IMG/VR virus record: IMGVR_UViG_3300005573_000120
Location: 1 to 52,569 of that record
Source: a virus
Lineage: Duplodnaviria; Caudoviricetes
Direction: 5' to 3' (one strand)
Length of the DNA: 52,569 nucleotides
Positions 18,362-28,625 of this stretch are shown here, in pieces; within the stretch, counting starts at the first letter, position 1, and every line of letters begins with the position of its first letter. Under the pieces are notes generated by a model that ran no database searches, had not been told where the DNA came from, and was given only the letters and a program-made list of their open reading frames with translations. The position numbers were made by a program, and so were the translations under genes.

Positions 18362-19100
18362 CAGAGAACCTTTATTTGGGAATATCAGAATGGAATATGA
18401 AGGTAAGATGGGGTTTATCTATAATAAGAGATGTGTTATTTGTAAGGCTTGTGTTATGAATTCCACCGCAGATGAACTAGTTCATAAAGAAAAGTTTAAT
18501 AAAGTCCTCTCCCTAGGGGATGTAGTAAATAAACTCAGGGATATGAACATAAAGGCTACCAGATACATTTTAGGACATCATTATCTAAATCATTTAGAGA
18601 ATGAATTAAAAAATTTGTATATCCAACAAAGGGAGATATTAAAAAGAGATAAAGGTAGAAAAAAATTAGATAAAGAATTAGGTTGTATAGTTAAGTTTCC
18701 AAAGGTCTCAAAAAGGTTTGATTCTCTTGTAGCTTTAAAAGAAATTTATGATGTATTAGATAATAAGTTAAAGATATTTGATAAGGATTCTAATGTAAAT
18801 GATGGAAAAGATTTAAAATTGTATGGATTAGTGGTAGACCAGCTAAGAAAAGTAGCAAGTGATATAGCAAGAATTGAAACAGATAGGGATTATATAAGAA
18901 AATTGTTAATGTCTAGTTTTGAGGAGCTTATAAAAGATTTGGTATATAGGGTATCTAATATATTAAATTATGCTTTATTAGGGTTAAATGTCCCTCAAGA
19001 AGATAAAAGAAAGTGTATGGATAATGTAAAGGTTGAAATGGCTAAAGTTTTACAGAATTCTTTAAGGGTTTTAGAAAGAAAATTTATATCAGAAGGTTAA
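18324..19100 (+). CDS. Putative terminase small subunit
   Basis: Directly upstream of TerL; CxxC, helical DNA-binding-like region and C-terminal helical region. Confidence 0.5.
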   Translation: MMGIEYQPIIVNNREPLFGNIRMEYEGKMGFIYNKRCVICKACVMNSTADELVHKEKFNKVLSLGDVVNKLRDMNIKATRYILGHHYLNHLENELKNLYIQQREILKRDKGRKKLDKELGCIVKFPKVSKRFDSLVALKEIYDVLDNKLKIFDKDSNVNDGKDLKLYGLVVDQLRKVASDIARIETDRDYIRKLLMSSFEELIKDLVYRVSNILNYALLGLNVPQEDKRKCMDNVKVEMAKVLQNSLRVLERKFISEG

Positions 19101-19107
19101 GAATAAA

Positions 19108-20982
19108 ATGAGGCTACCTTTATCAAGGCACGATTTAAGATGGCTATCCATACAGGTAAGCGACTATCTTAATAAAGCCTTCTCTATCACAGAAGATAAT
19201 AAAAAAATAGACCTCCCTTATCCAGTAAATCCAATTGAATGGGTAGCAAGTGAAAAATTCTTAAATTTATCTGCTATTTATGATATGAGAGGTCAATACT
19301 ATGCTTTAAGGGAGTTTTTTCAATGTTATTGTCCTATTTGTTCAAGTTTTAGCAGTAAGGATGTATTTACAATAGATAAGTCAAAGTTGTTAAAGGATAA
19401 TCTATTAGTTTGGGATAATAATAAGATGGACGAATTTTGTCCTAAGTGTGGATTATTAAAGAGGGATTTTATTAAAGAGGGGTTATTAAAGGAGTATAAT
19501 GTTTTGGTTGGTGCTATAGGTATGAGGGCTGGGAAGACTACTTTAGCTGGTATGATTATGTCTTATGTTGAGGTATTTTTTAATAGGTTGGGTGATATAA
19601 GGAGGGCTTTGGGTTTGGAATCTGTTCCGTATATAGAGATAGGGTGTATAGCTGTTTCTGCTCAGCAGGCTAAGGGGACGATATGGGCTCAGTTTGGTTC
19701 TATTCGTGATAATAGTATATGGTATGAGCGTTTTAGGGAGTATATGAATGATAGTGGTTATGTTAAGGATGGTTTATATGAGGAGTTGGGTTCAAGTGTT
19801 CGTAATGATGTAGTTGGTTATCATATAGAGAGTATGAATAGTAGTAGTGCTAGTTTAGCGGGTAAGACGAGGGGATTATTTATTATAGATGAGTTGAGTA
19901 GGTTTGATACGACGGAGAGTAAGAGGAGTGCGAGTGAGGTATGGAGGGTTGGTTTGCATAGTTTAAAGACGGTTAGGAAGGCGGTTAAGGATATGGGTTT
20001 GCCTGGTTGGGTGGGTAGTTTAGTGGCGATTGGTAGTCCTTTGAGTGTGGATGATTATTTGATGATGAAGTTGAAGGATGAGTCTGGGGATAGTGTTTTG
20101 AAGATGCATTATAGCACTTGGGAGTTTAATCGTTTATATAAGGAGTCTGATTTTGTTCAGGAGTTTGAGGATGATTATATAGCTGCGGTTCGTGATTTTG
20201 GTGCGGAGCCACCAGGGTCTGATGTTCCTTTTTTTGAGAATTGGGATATGATAGTTGAGTTGGTGGAGGATAAGGGTTTAAAGCCTGTGGTTGATTTTGA
20301 TGGTATAGAGCGTATAGGTTATGGTGGGGTGGTTTATATAGGTAAGGTTGTGAAGGATATAAGGTTTGATGATGGGGAGTGGTTTATAGGTTGTGATGCG
20401 GGTAAGAGTAGGGATAGTTTTGGTATAGTAGGTTGTAAGAGGATTTGGGATAAGTCTGGTGGTTTTAGTTTGGTATGTGGTTTTGTGGTTCACATCTTGC
20501 CTGATGCGGTTGCTAGGAGGTATGTTGATTATGAGTGTATTCCTTTGTTATTAGAGGTTATATGTAAGAGGTTAAAAGTATTGAAGATTTCTTTTGATTA
20601 TTGGAATAGTGAGAGTATAGTTCAGCATTTAGAGTTAAAGGGTTTACCTGTAGAACAGTATGCTATGAGTGCTTTGAAGGTGGATGATTTTTTGAGTTTT
20701 AGGGGTGGTTTATTATCTGGTAGGGTTAAGTTATTGCCGAGGTTAAGGTCTGAGGATAGTGATAGTAGGTTGATGGATAGTCAGACGAGGTTGTATTGGG
20801 AGATGAAGCGTATGAGGAGGAGTAGGGATTTGGCAAAGGTGGATCATAGTCCTCGTAGCACTTCTGATTTATTTGAGTGTTTGGTTAATTGTTGGCGTAT
20901 GGCGAGTTCAAATATTGATATAGGTAGGAATTTTGAGAGTTTTAATAATTTTGGTGATATAATAAGAATTAGGAAATGGTAG
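19108..20982 (+). CDS. terL: Terminase large subunit
   Basis: Walker A GMRAGKT, Walker B FIIDE, coupling motif IGSP, RNaseH-fold nuclease GCDAGKSRDS / FDYWNS / SDL; Zn-binding insertion near N-terminus. Confidence 0.9.
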   Translation: MRLPLSRHDLRWLSIQVSDYLNKAFSITEDNKKIDLPYPVNPIEWVASEKFLNLSAIYDMRGQYYALREFFQCYCPICSSFSSKDVFTIDKSKLLKDNLLVWDNNKMDEFCPKCGLLKRDFIKEGLLKEYNVLVGAIGMRAGKTTLAGMIMSYVEVFFNRLGDIRRALGLESVPYIEIGCIAVSAQQAKGTIWAQFGSIRDNSIWYERFREYMNDSGYVKDGLYEELGSSVRNDVVGYHIESMNSSSASLAGKTRGLFIIDELSRFDTTESKRSASEVWRVGLHSLKTVRKAVKDMGLPGWVGSLVAIGSPLSVDDYLMMKLKDESGDSVLKMHYSTWEFNRLYKESDFVQEFEDDYIAAVRDFGAEPPGSDVPFFENWDMIVELVEDKGLKPVVDFDGIERIGYGGVVYIGKVVKDIRFDDGEWFIGCDAGKSRDSFGIVGCKRIWDKSGGFSLVCGFVVHILPDAVARRYVDYECIPLLLEVICKRLKVLKISFDYWNSESIVQHLELKGLPVEQYAMSALKVDDFLSFRGGLLSGRVKLLPRLRSEDSDSRLMDSQTRLYWEMKRMRRSRDLAKVDHSPRSTSDLFECLVNCWRMASSNIDIGRNFESFNNFGDIIRIRKW

Positions 20983-21034
20983 GGTTTATGTTATATAAAA
21001 AATTAAAAAAATAAGGAGGTAGAGGTAAGGGAAA

Positions 21035-21559
21035 ATGGAAATTCTTGTTGGGGTTAAGACTGGTGATTCTAGTATAGAAGATTTTATTTTAAAGGTAGAG
21101 TATTATGTGGATGAGGAAATTTATGATAGTGCTCTTGATTATCTTAGGAGATATATTGCACATAATTTTAGTGTTCGTTTTAGAGAATTAGATATAGATA
21201 TACCAGATGAGCTTGATGAATTTGCGGAATGGATTAGTGATATTTATAGTAGTATTGGTTCTGATAATTTTGATGATTATATTGATTCGTATATTAGAAA
21301 TATTGTAAGTAAAAGACCAGAATATGCTAATTTGACAGGTAAATGGGATGTTTATGATGTTGAAGAACGAGATATAGATGAACAAATAAAGCGTGTTATT
21401 TACACGGCTACTGGGGAGAGTAAAACTCTAGAAGACTTTATTAGAAGCTTAGAAGATCTTTTTAAATTTGGTAGAATAAGAATTATACATTATGATTATG
21501 AAAATGCAGATTTTTTTGCTGAATTGATTGTTAGAGATCTAATTAGGGATTTAAAGTGA
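21035..21559 (+). CDS. Acidic ~170-aa paralogue family protein
   Basis: ALDYL...LDIDIPDELDEFAEW...GKWD...TLEDF shared family motifs. Confidence 0.8.
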   Translation: MEILVGVKTGDSSIEDFILKVEYYVDEEIYDSALDYLRRYIAHNFSVRFRELDIDIPDELDEFAEWISDIYSSIGSDNFDDYIDSYIRNIVSKRPEYANLTGKWDVYDVEERDIDEQIKRVIYTATGESKTLEDFIRSLEDLFKFGRIRIIHYDYENADFFAELIVRDLIRDLK

Positions 21560-21596
21560 GGTATAAAGACTTAGAGAATAAGGAGGTAAGAGAAAA

Positions 21597-22211
21597 GTGG
21601 CTAAAGAAGATTTTGTTCCTTATATTTTGTTAGATTTAGCTGGGAGATATAGTGATTTATTTCCATCTCTTAAAGATTGTTATGAGATAGAGGATTGTAA
21701 AGAGATAGCTAAAAATTTAGATATTAAAGAATATTATCGTCATGGCTATCAGTTTAATTTAGATGATCATTCTGTTTTATTTTTTATGAGTGAAAAGGAT
21801 GCAGAGGAGTGTGCTTATTTAAGAGTTGAAGAGATGTTAGATGAGCCTGAACTTTTTAATAGAGATTGGTTAAAAGATTATTTGTATATGAGTGACTTAG
21901 ATATTAGACTTTTTTTGGATGATTTAGAGGAAATATATAGTGAGCAGGGTGATATGTCTGAAGAGGAGATTGAAAAAAGATTGAATGAAGCAAGAAAAGT
22001 TTTGGAATATGATCCATTAGATTTTTTAATTGGTGAACTAGGATATGATGAGAAATCAGCTTTTGAAATGTTATATATAAATTATTCAGAAGCGGCTAAA
22101 AATGCTGTTAATATTGATGGTTGGGCTCATTTTTTAGGGAGATATGATGGAAATGGCTGGGAGGTATCTATTCCTGAAGGTGGCTCAGTATACTATGTAT
22201 TAGGGGATTAA
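21597..22211 (+). CDS. Highly acidic protein, weakly ArdA-like C-terminus
   Basis: GTG start with SD; YINYSEAAKNAVNIDGWAHFLGRYDG; D/E rich. Confidence 0.6.
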   Translation: MAKEDFVPYILLDLAGRYSDLFPSLKDCYEIEDCKEIAKNLDIKEYYRHGYQFNLDDHSVLFFMSEKDAEECAYLRVEEMLDEPELFNRDWLKDYLYMSDLDIRLFLDDLEEIYSEQGDMSEEEIEKRLNEARKVLEYDPLDFLIGELGYDEKSAFEMLYINYSEAAKNAVNIDGWAHFLGRYDGNGWEVSIPEGGSVYYVLGD

Positions 22212-22296
22212 AGAAGATGGTATGGTCTATATTATATAAAAAAATGGTAGGGTTTATGTTATATAAAGAGGTTTAAAAAATAAGGGGTAAGGGAAA

Positions 22297-22821
22297 ATGG
22301 AAATTCTTGTTGGGGTTGACCCTGAGCTTGAATTTGCTGTAGAGCGAGGTTTAGATAGTTTTGTTTTAGAGGTGGAGTGTCAAGAGAAAGAGGAGGTTTA
22401 TGATTTAGCTCTTGATTATCTTAAAGAGTATCTTATAGATGGTTTTAGAGATAAAGGGTTAGATATAAGTATTATAACCGATGATTTTGATGATTTTATG
22501 GATTGGGTTGCTGGTAATTCTGATAATTTTGATGAGTATATTAATTCTTATATTATAGGTGTTGTAAGGTCTTTTCCACACGAAGCCACTTTGACGGGCT
22601 GGTGGTATGTTTATAAAGGGCGTATAGATGAAAAAATGTGTGATACTATTGATAAAATTGTTAAAAAGAGTATAAATTTAGAAGATTTTATTGATAGATT
22701 AAGGGATGCTCCTGAAGTTAATGATGCATGGATTGTAGATGATTCTTCTCCTCCAGGTATAGACCAGCTTGTTAAAAGTGTTGTTAAAGATGCGATTAGG
22801 GCAATGAAAAAAACAAGATGA
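22297..22821 (+). CDS. Acidic ~170-aa paralogue family protein
   Basis: ALDYLKE...KGLDISIITDDFDDFMDWV. Confidence 0.8.
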   Translation: MEILVGVDPELEFAVERGLDSFVLEVECQEKEEVYDLALDYLKEYLIDGFRDKGLDISIITDDFDDFMDWVAGNSDNFDEYINSYIIGVVRSFPHEATLTGWWYVYKGRIDEKMCDTIDKIVKKSINLEDFIDRLRDAPEVNDAWIVDDSSPPGIDQLVKSVVKDAIRAMKKTR

Positions 22822-22838
22822 TTAAAAACAAGGGGTAA

Positions 22839-24062
22839 ATGATGATGAATAAGATAGCTCGTTCAATAGAAGAGATTAAGAATGAGATATTGAGCTTGAC
22901 TGATGATTTTATGCAGTTGACTAATTATTTTGAGGAGTGTAAGAGGCTAAAGAGTCGTTTAGATGATTTGATTTGGAATATAAGTAGTATGAGGACTGGT
23001 TTATTGTATCGTTTAGATAATTTGCGTAGGGAGTATGCTGATTTAGAGGTGCATGCGAGTATAAGATTAGCTCAGAGTCCTGTGGAGAATGTAGAGATAA
23101 CGGAGTTAGGTAATCAGATACAGGATTTATTAGGGAAGTGGGATGAATTGGATAGGGAGATACAGGATTATGAGAATAGTTTATTTGATTTGGAGTTGGA
23201 GCAACAGGAGATAAAGAAGGATTTGGAGAATATAGGTAATATTTTATCTGATGTGGGGGGTGATTCTATGGGTTATATTCCAGTTTATAGTTTTGTTAAG
23301 GTATTTAAGGATTATGACAAGGATAGGAAGGTAGTTGGTAGTTTTTCAAAGGAGTATCAGAAGAGTTTTTTGACTATGGATCAGATAAAGGCTTTATCTG
23401 ATGATGATTTAACTAAGTTAGTAGAGTCTTTATCTATTGAGTTGAGTAATATAATTCAGAAGAGAAGGATGTTAGAAAAGGAAGCGGAGGGTTTAAAGGG
23501 TCAAGAATCTGAATTGGAGAAGCAGTTAGCTAACATTTATTGGGCTACGAAGAAGGAGTTATTTGAGACTGAGAATTTGATAGCAGAAATAAAGGTTAAG
23601 TTGAATGAGAGGACTATAAGTTATAAGCAATTGGTTGCTTATGCTTATACGATAGCTACTGAGGAGTTAAAGAAGAGGTTAGAGGAGTATGAGAAGCAGT
23701 TAAGAGAGGCAGCTGGTTTGAGGGAGGATGTTCGGGTGAAGATTACTCCAAAGAAGACTTCGGGGGTGGTTTCTCCTTATTTTTATGCAGAGAAGCGTAT
23801 TATAGAATTGAAGGAGAGTGGTTGTCCTCGTAAGGAGGCTTGGCGGAGGGTGGTTATTTGGTTTAGTGAGAGTATGGATTTGTATGATTTGCAGGAGCTT
23901 TTTGAGAGTATATATGGTCCAATATCTCCTGAGGGTAAGAGGAAGGCTCAGGTATGGGAGAAGGTTAAAGGCTTTTTTAAGAATTTGGTAAATACGGCTA
24001 AGGGCTTTTTGGATACTTTGGTGGGTATAAATAGGCAGTTAAAGTATTTAGTGGAGAGTTGA
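22839..24062 (+). CDS. Coiled-coil multidomain protein, putative internal head protein
   Basis: Heptad-rich; between TerL and portal; RLAQ and RKAQ motifs. Confidence 0.65.
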   Translation: MMMNKIARSIEEIKNEILSLTDDFMQLTNYFEECKRLKSRLDDLIWNISSMRTGLLYRLDNLRREYADLEVHASIRLAQSPVENVEITELGNQIQDLLGKWDELDREIQDYENSLFDLELEQQEIKKDLENIGNILSDVGGDSMGYIPVYSFVKVFKDYDKDRKVVGSFSKEYQKSFLTMDQIKALSDDDLTKLVESLSIELSNIIQKRRMLEKEAEGLKGQESELEKQLANIYWATKKELFETENLIAEIKVKLNERTISYKQLVAYAYTIATEELKKRLEEYEKQLREAAGLREDVRVKITPKKTSGVVSPYFYAEKRIIELKESGCPRKEAWRRVVIWFSESMDLYDLQELFESIYGPISPEGKRKAQVWEKVKGFFKNLVNTAKGFLDTLVGINRQLKYLVES

Positions 24063-24099
24063 TTGGAGAAAGATAAAAAAATAAGGAGGCAAGGGAAAG

Positions 24100-24609
24100 A
24101 TGGGATTTTTTGCTCATATTGAGATTATTTCTGAATCTCACTTTGGTCCAAATAAATTTAATTTAGCAATAAGGTGTAGAGAGGGGGATGCAATTACTGA
24201 ACATGCTCTTGAATATCTTAAAGATTTTATTACAAATGAATTTAGAAGTATAGGATTAGACATAGGTATTATACCAGAAGATCTTTATGATTTTGAGGAT
24301 TGGGTTATGCATAATTCTGATAGTTTTGTTAGCTATATTACTTCTTTTGCTGAAACTTTTGCAAGAGAACTTCCAACGGATATTATTTTAAATGGTTGGT
24401 GGGATATTTATGGAGGGGAGATAGATAAAGAATCGGAGAATATTATTGAAGGGATTATTGAAGAGAGTATGACTTTAGAAGAACTTGTTGATGGGTTAAA
24501 AGATGCTTTTGGATATAATAATGTAGAATGTTTATATAATCCTAGTTATGAAAATACAGATTATTATGCTGAATTGATTGTTAGAGATCTAATTAGGGAT
24601 TTAAAGTGA
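24100..24609 (+). CDS. Acidic ~170-aa paralogue family protein
   Basis: ALEYLKD...GLDIGIIPEDLYDFEDWV; same C-terminus as 21035 (AELIVRDLIRDLK). Confidence 0.8.
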   Translation: MGFFAHIEIISESHFGPNKFNLAIRCREGDAITEHALEYLKDFITNEFRSIGLDIGIIPEDLYDFEDWVMHNSDSFVSYITSFAETFARELPTDIILNGWWDIYGGEIDKESENIIEGIIEESMTLEELVDGLKDAFGYNNVECLYNPSYENTDYYAELIVRDLIRDLK

Positions 24610-24646
24610 GGTATAAAGATTTAGAGAATAAGGAGGCGAGGGAAAA

Positions 24647-25159
24647 ATGGGAACTTGTTTTATTAGAGTTGATCCTGTATTTGATTTAGATAGTTTTGTT
24701 TTAGAGGTGGGTTATGAAGAAGGAGATGTGATTATAGAAGATGCTCTTAAATATCTTAAGGAACTTATTACAGATAGTTTTGAAAAGAAGGGATTAGATA
24801 CAAGTATTATACCAGAAGATCTTGGTGATTTTGAGGAATGGGTTACATCTGTTTCAGATAGTCTTGATAAATATCTTACTTATTATATTGATTCTGCTGT
24901 AAGTGATAATCCATCTGAGGCTATTTTGTTAGGTTGGTGGGATATTTATGAAGAGGAGATATATAAAGAAATGGAGAGTGTTATTGATAGGATTGTTGAA
25001 AGGAGTAGAACTTTAGATGATCTTGTTAGTGGATTAAGAGATACCCCTGAATTTGCTGATGCAAGAATTGTATATGATTATAGTTATGATGATGCAGAAT
25101 ATGAAGCTAAGCAAATTGTTAAAGATGTGATAGGATATTGGAAGGAAAGAATGAAATAA
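24647..25159 (+). CDS. Acidic ~170-aa paralogue family protein
   Basis: ALKYLKE...GLDTSIIPEDLGDFEEWV. Confidence 0.8.
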   Translation: MGTCFIRVDPVFDLDSFVLEVGYEEGDVIIEDALKYLKELITDSFEKKGLDTSIIPEDLGDFEEWVTSVSDSLDKYLTYYIDSAVSDNPSEAILLGWWDIYEEEIYKEMESVIDRIVERSRTLDDLVSGLRDTPEFADARIVYDYSYDDAEYEAKQIVKDVIGYWKERMK

Positions 25160-25167
25160 AGGGAAAA

Positions 25168-25548
25168 ATGAAGATTAAGATTAAGTATAATTCTATTAAA
25201 CCTGTGGATAATTTTGGTTTAGAGTTTGGGTGTCAAGATAACAGGAATATTCGTGCTTGTGCTCTTCTTAGCCTTAAAAATTATATTGTAGATAGCTTTA
25301 AGGATAAGGCAATTGCTATTCCAGATAATTTTAATGATTTTGAAGTATGGGTTAATAATATTAACAAAGTTATTGAAAGGAGTAAAGATTTATATGAATT
25401 TATTGAATGGATGGGGGATGTTTATGGAGTTGATAGTGCAAAAATTATAGATAATCCTTCTTCTCCGAATGTAGACCAGTTTGCTAAAAAGGTTGTCAAA
25501 AAAGTGAGGCATAAAGGTTTAAAGAATAAGGAGATAAGGAAAAGATGA
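25168..25548 (+). CDS. Internally deleted member of the acidic paralogue family
   Basis: ALLSLKNYI...IPDNFNDFEVWV joined directly to the C-terminal part; start taken at ATG 25168 (ORF track 25138). Confidence 0.6.
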   Translation: MKIKIKYNSIKPVDNFGLEFGCQDNRNIRACALLSLKNYIVDSFKDKAIAIPDNFNDFEVWVNNINKVIERSKDLYEFIEWMGDVYGVDSAKIIDNPSSPNVDQFAKKVVKKVRHKGLKNKEIRKR

Positions 25549-27344
25549 AGCGTAAAGGTTTAAAATTGAAGGGTTCTTCAAGGAGTAAGGGTTCTTCTCT
25601 TGAAGATTTTGATTCTTCTATTTTGAATTTAAGGTCTTCAAGGAGTTTTATAGCTGAGGAGGTATCTAATTTTTATAGGGATATGTATGGTTTAGATGAA
25701 GAAGGTAAGGGTTCTGGTATGAAAAAGGAGGCACAGTTTTTTGGTGGGGTAGGTCCTGTTGGTAGCGGGGCTCCAGTTACGATAACTGTTCCTCAGCCTT
25801 ATATTCCAGAGTTAGCTACTCCTGATAGGTTATTTTTTCCGACTAAGCCTAAGGAGGCTATGAAGTATTGGCGTTATTTTTATGCTTTGGATCCTGTTTG
25901 TGGGAATGTATTGGATATGTATGGTGAGGTGACAAGTTCTGATATAACTTTATCTGGTTTTGAGATAGCTGGGGATGATTTGAGTGCTGAGATAAGGGAT
26001 ACTTGCTATGAGGCGTTAAAGGATACGAATGCAGTAGGTCAATTTAAATGGATGGTGATAGGGTATTTGGTGGATGGTGAGGTTATTCCTCATTTAGTTT
26101 GGGATAATGATTTGCATAGATGGGTTTATTTAGGTTTTCAGGATCCGATGAATGTGAATGTGGTGGATGTTCCTTTTGTTCGTGGTCTGCCTTATTTAGA
26201 GTTAGAGATTAGTGATTCTATTCGTAATATATTTAGGAATCCTGACCCAATTTATGAAAGGTTTAGGAAGCAAGTTCCTAATGAGTTTTTGGATTTGATT
26301 TTGCAGGGTAGGAATATACCCTTGAAGACGGATGAGAATGTGACATTTATTCCTAGAAGGCTGACGCCTTATGATATTAGGGGTATATCTATTTTTGCTC
26401 GTATTTGGCGTGTTTTGATTTATGAGGATGCAATTATGAATGCATCCATTCAGACGGCGAGGAGGCATGCAGCACCAGTAAAGGTGGTTAAATTAGGTGA
26501 TCCGTCTAGGGGTTGGATTCCAGGTCCAGAGCAGGAGGATAAGATAAAGAGATTGCTTGCAATAGCTGAGACTGATCCTCATGCGTGGTTGGTGACTCAT
26601 TTTGGTGTTTCTTTTGAGGCTTGGGGGACGACAGATAGGGTGATGAGTATATCTCGTGAATGGGATACGATAGAGAGGATAAAATTGATAGCTTTGGGTG
26701 TAAGTAGAGCTTTCTTGCACGGAGAAGTCACATATTCGTCGGCTGAGAAGGGTTTGCAGATATTTTTGAGTAGATTAAAGGGGTTGAGGACTTTTTTTGA
26801 GCAGGTTTGGTGGTATCCAAGGTTTTTTGGGATAATGTCTCAGAAGAATGAATGGGTTGCTCCTACGAGGGCAGAGCTTTCGCATAATGTAAGGGTTAGG
26901 AGGAGTAAGAAGGAATTATTAGAGGATGGTCGTTATATTATTCCTCGTATAGTTTGGGAGGAGAATTTAGAGCCTCAGGATAGATCGGAGTTGATTCGGA
27001 TTTATACTGATTTAGTTGAGAGGCTTGGTATAAAGATAAGTCGTGGGACTGTTTTAGCTAATTTAGGGTTGGATTTTGAAGAGGAGGAGAAGAATTGGAG
27101 GGAGGAGCAGAAGGTGATAGAGGATTTGGATAAGGAGTATGGTAAGAAAGAGACTGTTCCAGGGCAATCTCCTATGGGAGTTCCTATGGGAGTTCCTATG
27201 GATTTGGGTATTCCAGAGGTAAGTCCTGCTGGTGTTGGAGTTCCAATGGGTGGGGAGGTTCCTGCTGAAAGTCCTGAAACAGGTATAGGTGAAGAAATGG
27301 GTGAGGTAAGCGAAGAAAGTTTGGAAGGTATTGGAAATAAGTAA
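25545..27344 (+). CDS. Portal protein
   Basis: Size and position between TerL and protease; RYFYALDP, RGISIF, LGVSRAFL-type portal features; acidic Pro/Gly tail with PMGV repeats. Confidence 0.8.
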   Translation: MKRKGLKLKGSSRSKGSSLEDFDSSILNLRSSRSFIAEEVSNFYRDMYGLDEEGKGSGMKKEAQFFGGVGPVGSGAPVTITVPQPYIPELATPDRLFFPTKPKEAMKYWRYFYALDPVCGNVLDMYGEVTSSDITLSGFEIAGDDLSAEIRDTCYEALKDTNAVGQFKWMVIGYLVDGEVIPHLVWDNDLHRWVYLGFQDPMNVNVVDVPFVRGLPYLELEISDSIRNIFRNPDPIYERFRKQVPNEFLDLILQGRNIPLKTDENVTFIPRRLTPYDIRGISIFARIWRVLIYEDAIMNASIQTARRHAAPVKVVKLGDPSRGWIPGPEQEDKIKRLLAIAETDPHAWLVTHFGVSFEAWGTTDRVMSISREWDTIERIKLIALGVSRAFLHGEVTYSSAEKGLQIFLSRLKGLRTFFEQVWWYPRFFGIMSQKNEWVAPTRAELSHNVRVRRSKKELLEDGRYIIPRIVWEENLEPQDRSELIRIYTDLVERLGIKISRGTVLANLGLDFEEEEKNWREEQKVIEDLDKEYGKKETVPGQSPMGVPMGVPMDLGIPEVSPAGVGVPMGGEVPAESPETGIGEEMGEVSEESLEGIGNK

Positions 27345-27369
27345 AAAATAGAGGAGGGTAAGAGATAAA

Positions 27370-28596
27370 ATGAAAAGAAATTTTAAAGTAGCAAGGTTAA
27401 TAGAGGATGTGAGGGATTTGTCTTCTATTGCTTCTACTGATGTTATGGGTAGGCTTGATATATCTAAGGCTATAGAGTTGGTAGCCGATAGGTATAGTAT
27501 ATCTAAAAATCCTGATGATTATTGTTATTTAGTGGTGGTGGCTTTATGTGCTGATAAGCCTAATGATAATGGGGATGCCTTTCCTTTGGCGGAGTTAGAG
27601 AGGTTTGAGCCTCGTTATGGTTGTAAGGTTTATCAGACTTTTGTATTGAAGCCTCATTTTATAGAGCATAAGCAGGATGGTGATGTTTATGGATTTGTAT
27701 TGGATGCTCATTTAGAGAAGCCAAAGGATGATAATGCTTATGTGGAGTTGGTATTGGCGGTGGATACGAAGAAGGATCCTGTTTATGGTGGTTTAGTTAA
27801 GGCGGGTAAGGTGAATGCCTTTTCAATGGGTTGTTCTGTGGATTATACGGTTTGTAATGTATGTGGTCATAAGGCTTATGTTGAGGCTGAATTTTGTGAG
27901 CATATAAAGAGTGGTAAGATGAAGACCTTTAAGGTAGCTGGTTCTAATGAGGAGAAGTTGGCTTTTGAATGGTTATATGGTATATGTTTTGATGAGATTT
28001 CTGCAGTTTCTGATCCAGCGGAGGAAAAGGCATTGTTAGAGGAAAAATTAGCAAGTAAGGTAGAGAATATAAAAGTTAGATTAGGGGTATTGAAACAGAA
28101 GTATAGGGAAGATACAGGTCGTAAGGAGTGGTGTTTGGTATCAAAGGATGGTGATAAGGTTTTGAAGTGGTTTGGTCCTGAAAAACCTTCTGAGGAGGAG
28201 GTGGCTAAAGAGGAGAGAAGGGTGCAGTATTTTAAGCATAAGGGTGGTAAGAGGGTATTATCTCAATCAAGTCAAGACAAGGAGAAGGGATGGTTAATAA
28301 ATTTGTCTAAAGATATATCGGAAGGGAAGGTTTCCGATGAGACTAAGGCGCAAGAGTGGTTTCGTGAGAGATATAAGAGGGAGCCTGATCCTGGTGAGAT
28401 GGAGAATATGAGGTCTTTGTTTAGCCGTAAAAGGATTAGGCAGAGATGGTATAAATTATTGAAAAAAGGCAATAATTTAGTAGAGATAGGGTGTAGGGAG
28501 ATAGAAGATGATACAGATAGTATTATAACAGGATGTAGAGATATAGAGGATAAGGCAGATGATATTGTGATAGGAGTAAAAAATTTAGTAGAATAG
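27370..28596 (+). CDS. Prohead (capsid maturation) protease with C-terminal extension
   Basis: NDNGDAF, HFIEH, FSMG, CNVCG..CEH, EISAV; follows portal. Confidence 0.75.
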   Translation: MKRNFKVARLIEDVRDLSSIASTDVMGRLDISKAIELVADRYSISKNPDDYCYLVVVALCADKPNDNGDAFPLAELERFEPRYGCKVYQTFVLKPHFIEHKQDGDVYGFVLDAHLEKPKDDNAYVELVLAVDTKKDPVYGGLVKAGKVNAFSMGCSVDYTVCNVCGHKAYVEAEFCEHIKSGKMKTFKVAGSNEEKLAFEWLYGICFDEISAVSDPAEEKALLEEKLASKVENIKVRLGVLKQKYREDTGRKEWCLVSKDGDKVLKWFGPEKPSEEEVAKEERRVQYFKHKGGKRVLSQSSQDKEKGWLINLSKDISEGKVSDETKAQEWFRERYKREPDPGEMENMRSLFSRKRIRQRWYKLLKKGNNLVEIGCREIEDDTDSIITGCRDIEDKADDIVIGVKNLVE

Positions 28597-28625
28597 TGAT
28601 TTTTTTAAGGTTTTTGTTTAAATTA

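Noticed and set aside
19300-19470. Intein in the terminase
   Set aside because: The Cys-rich insertion is short and lacks the HN-C/S/T splice junction; more consistent with a zinc-binding subdomain
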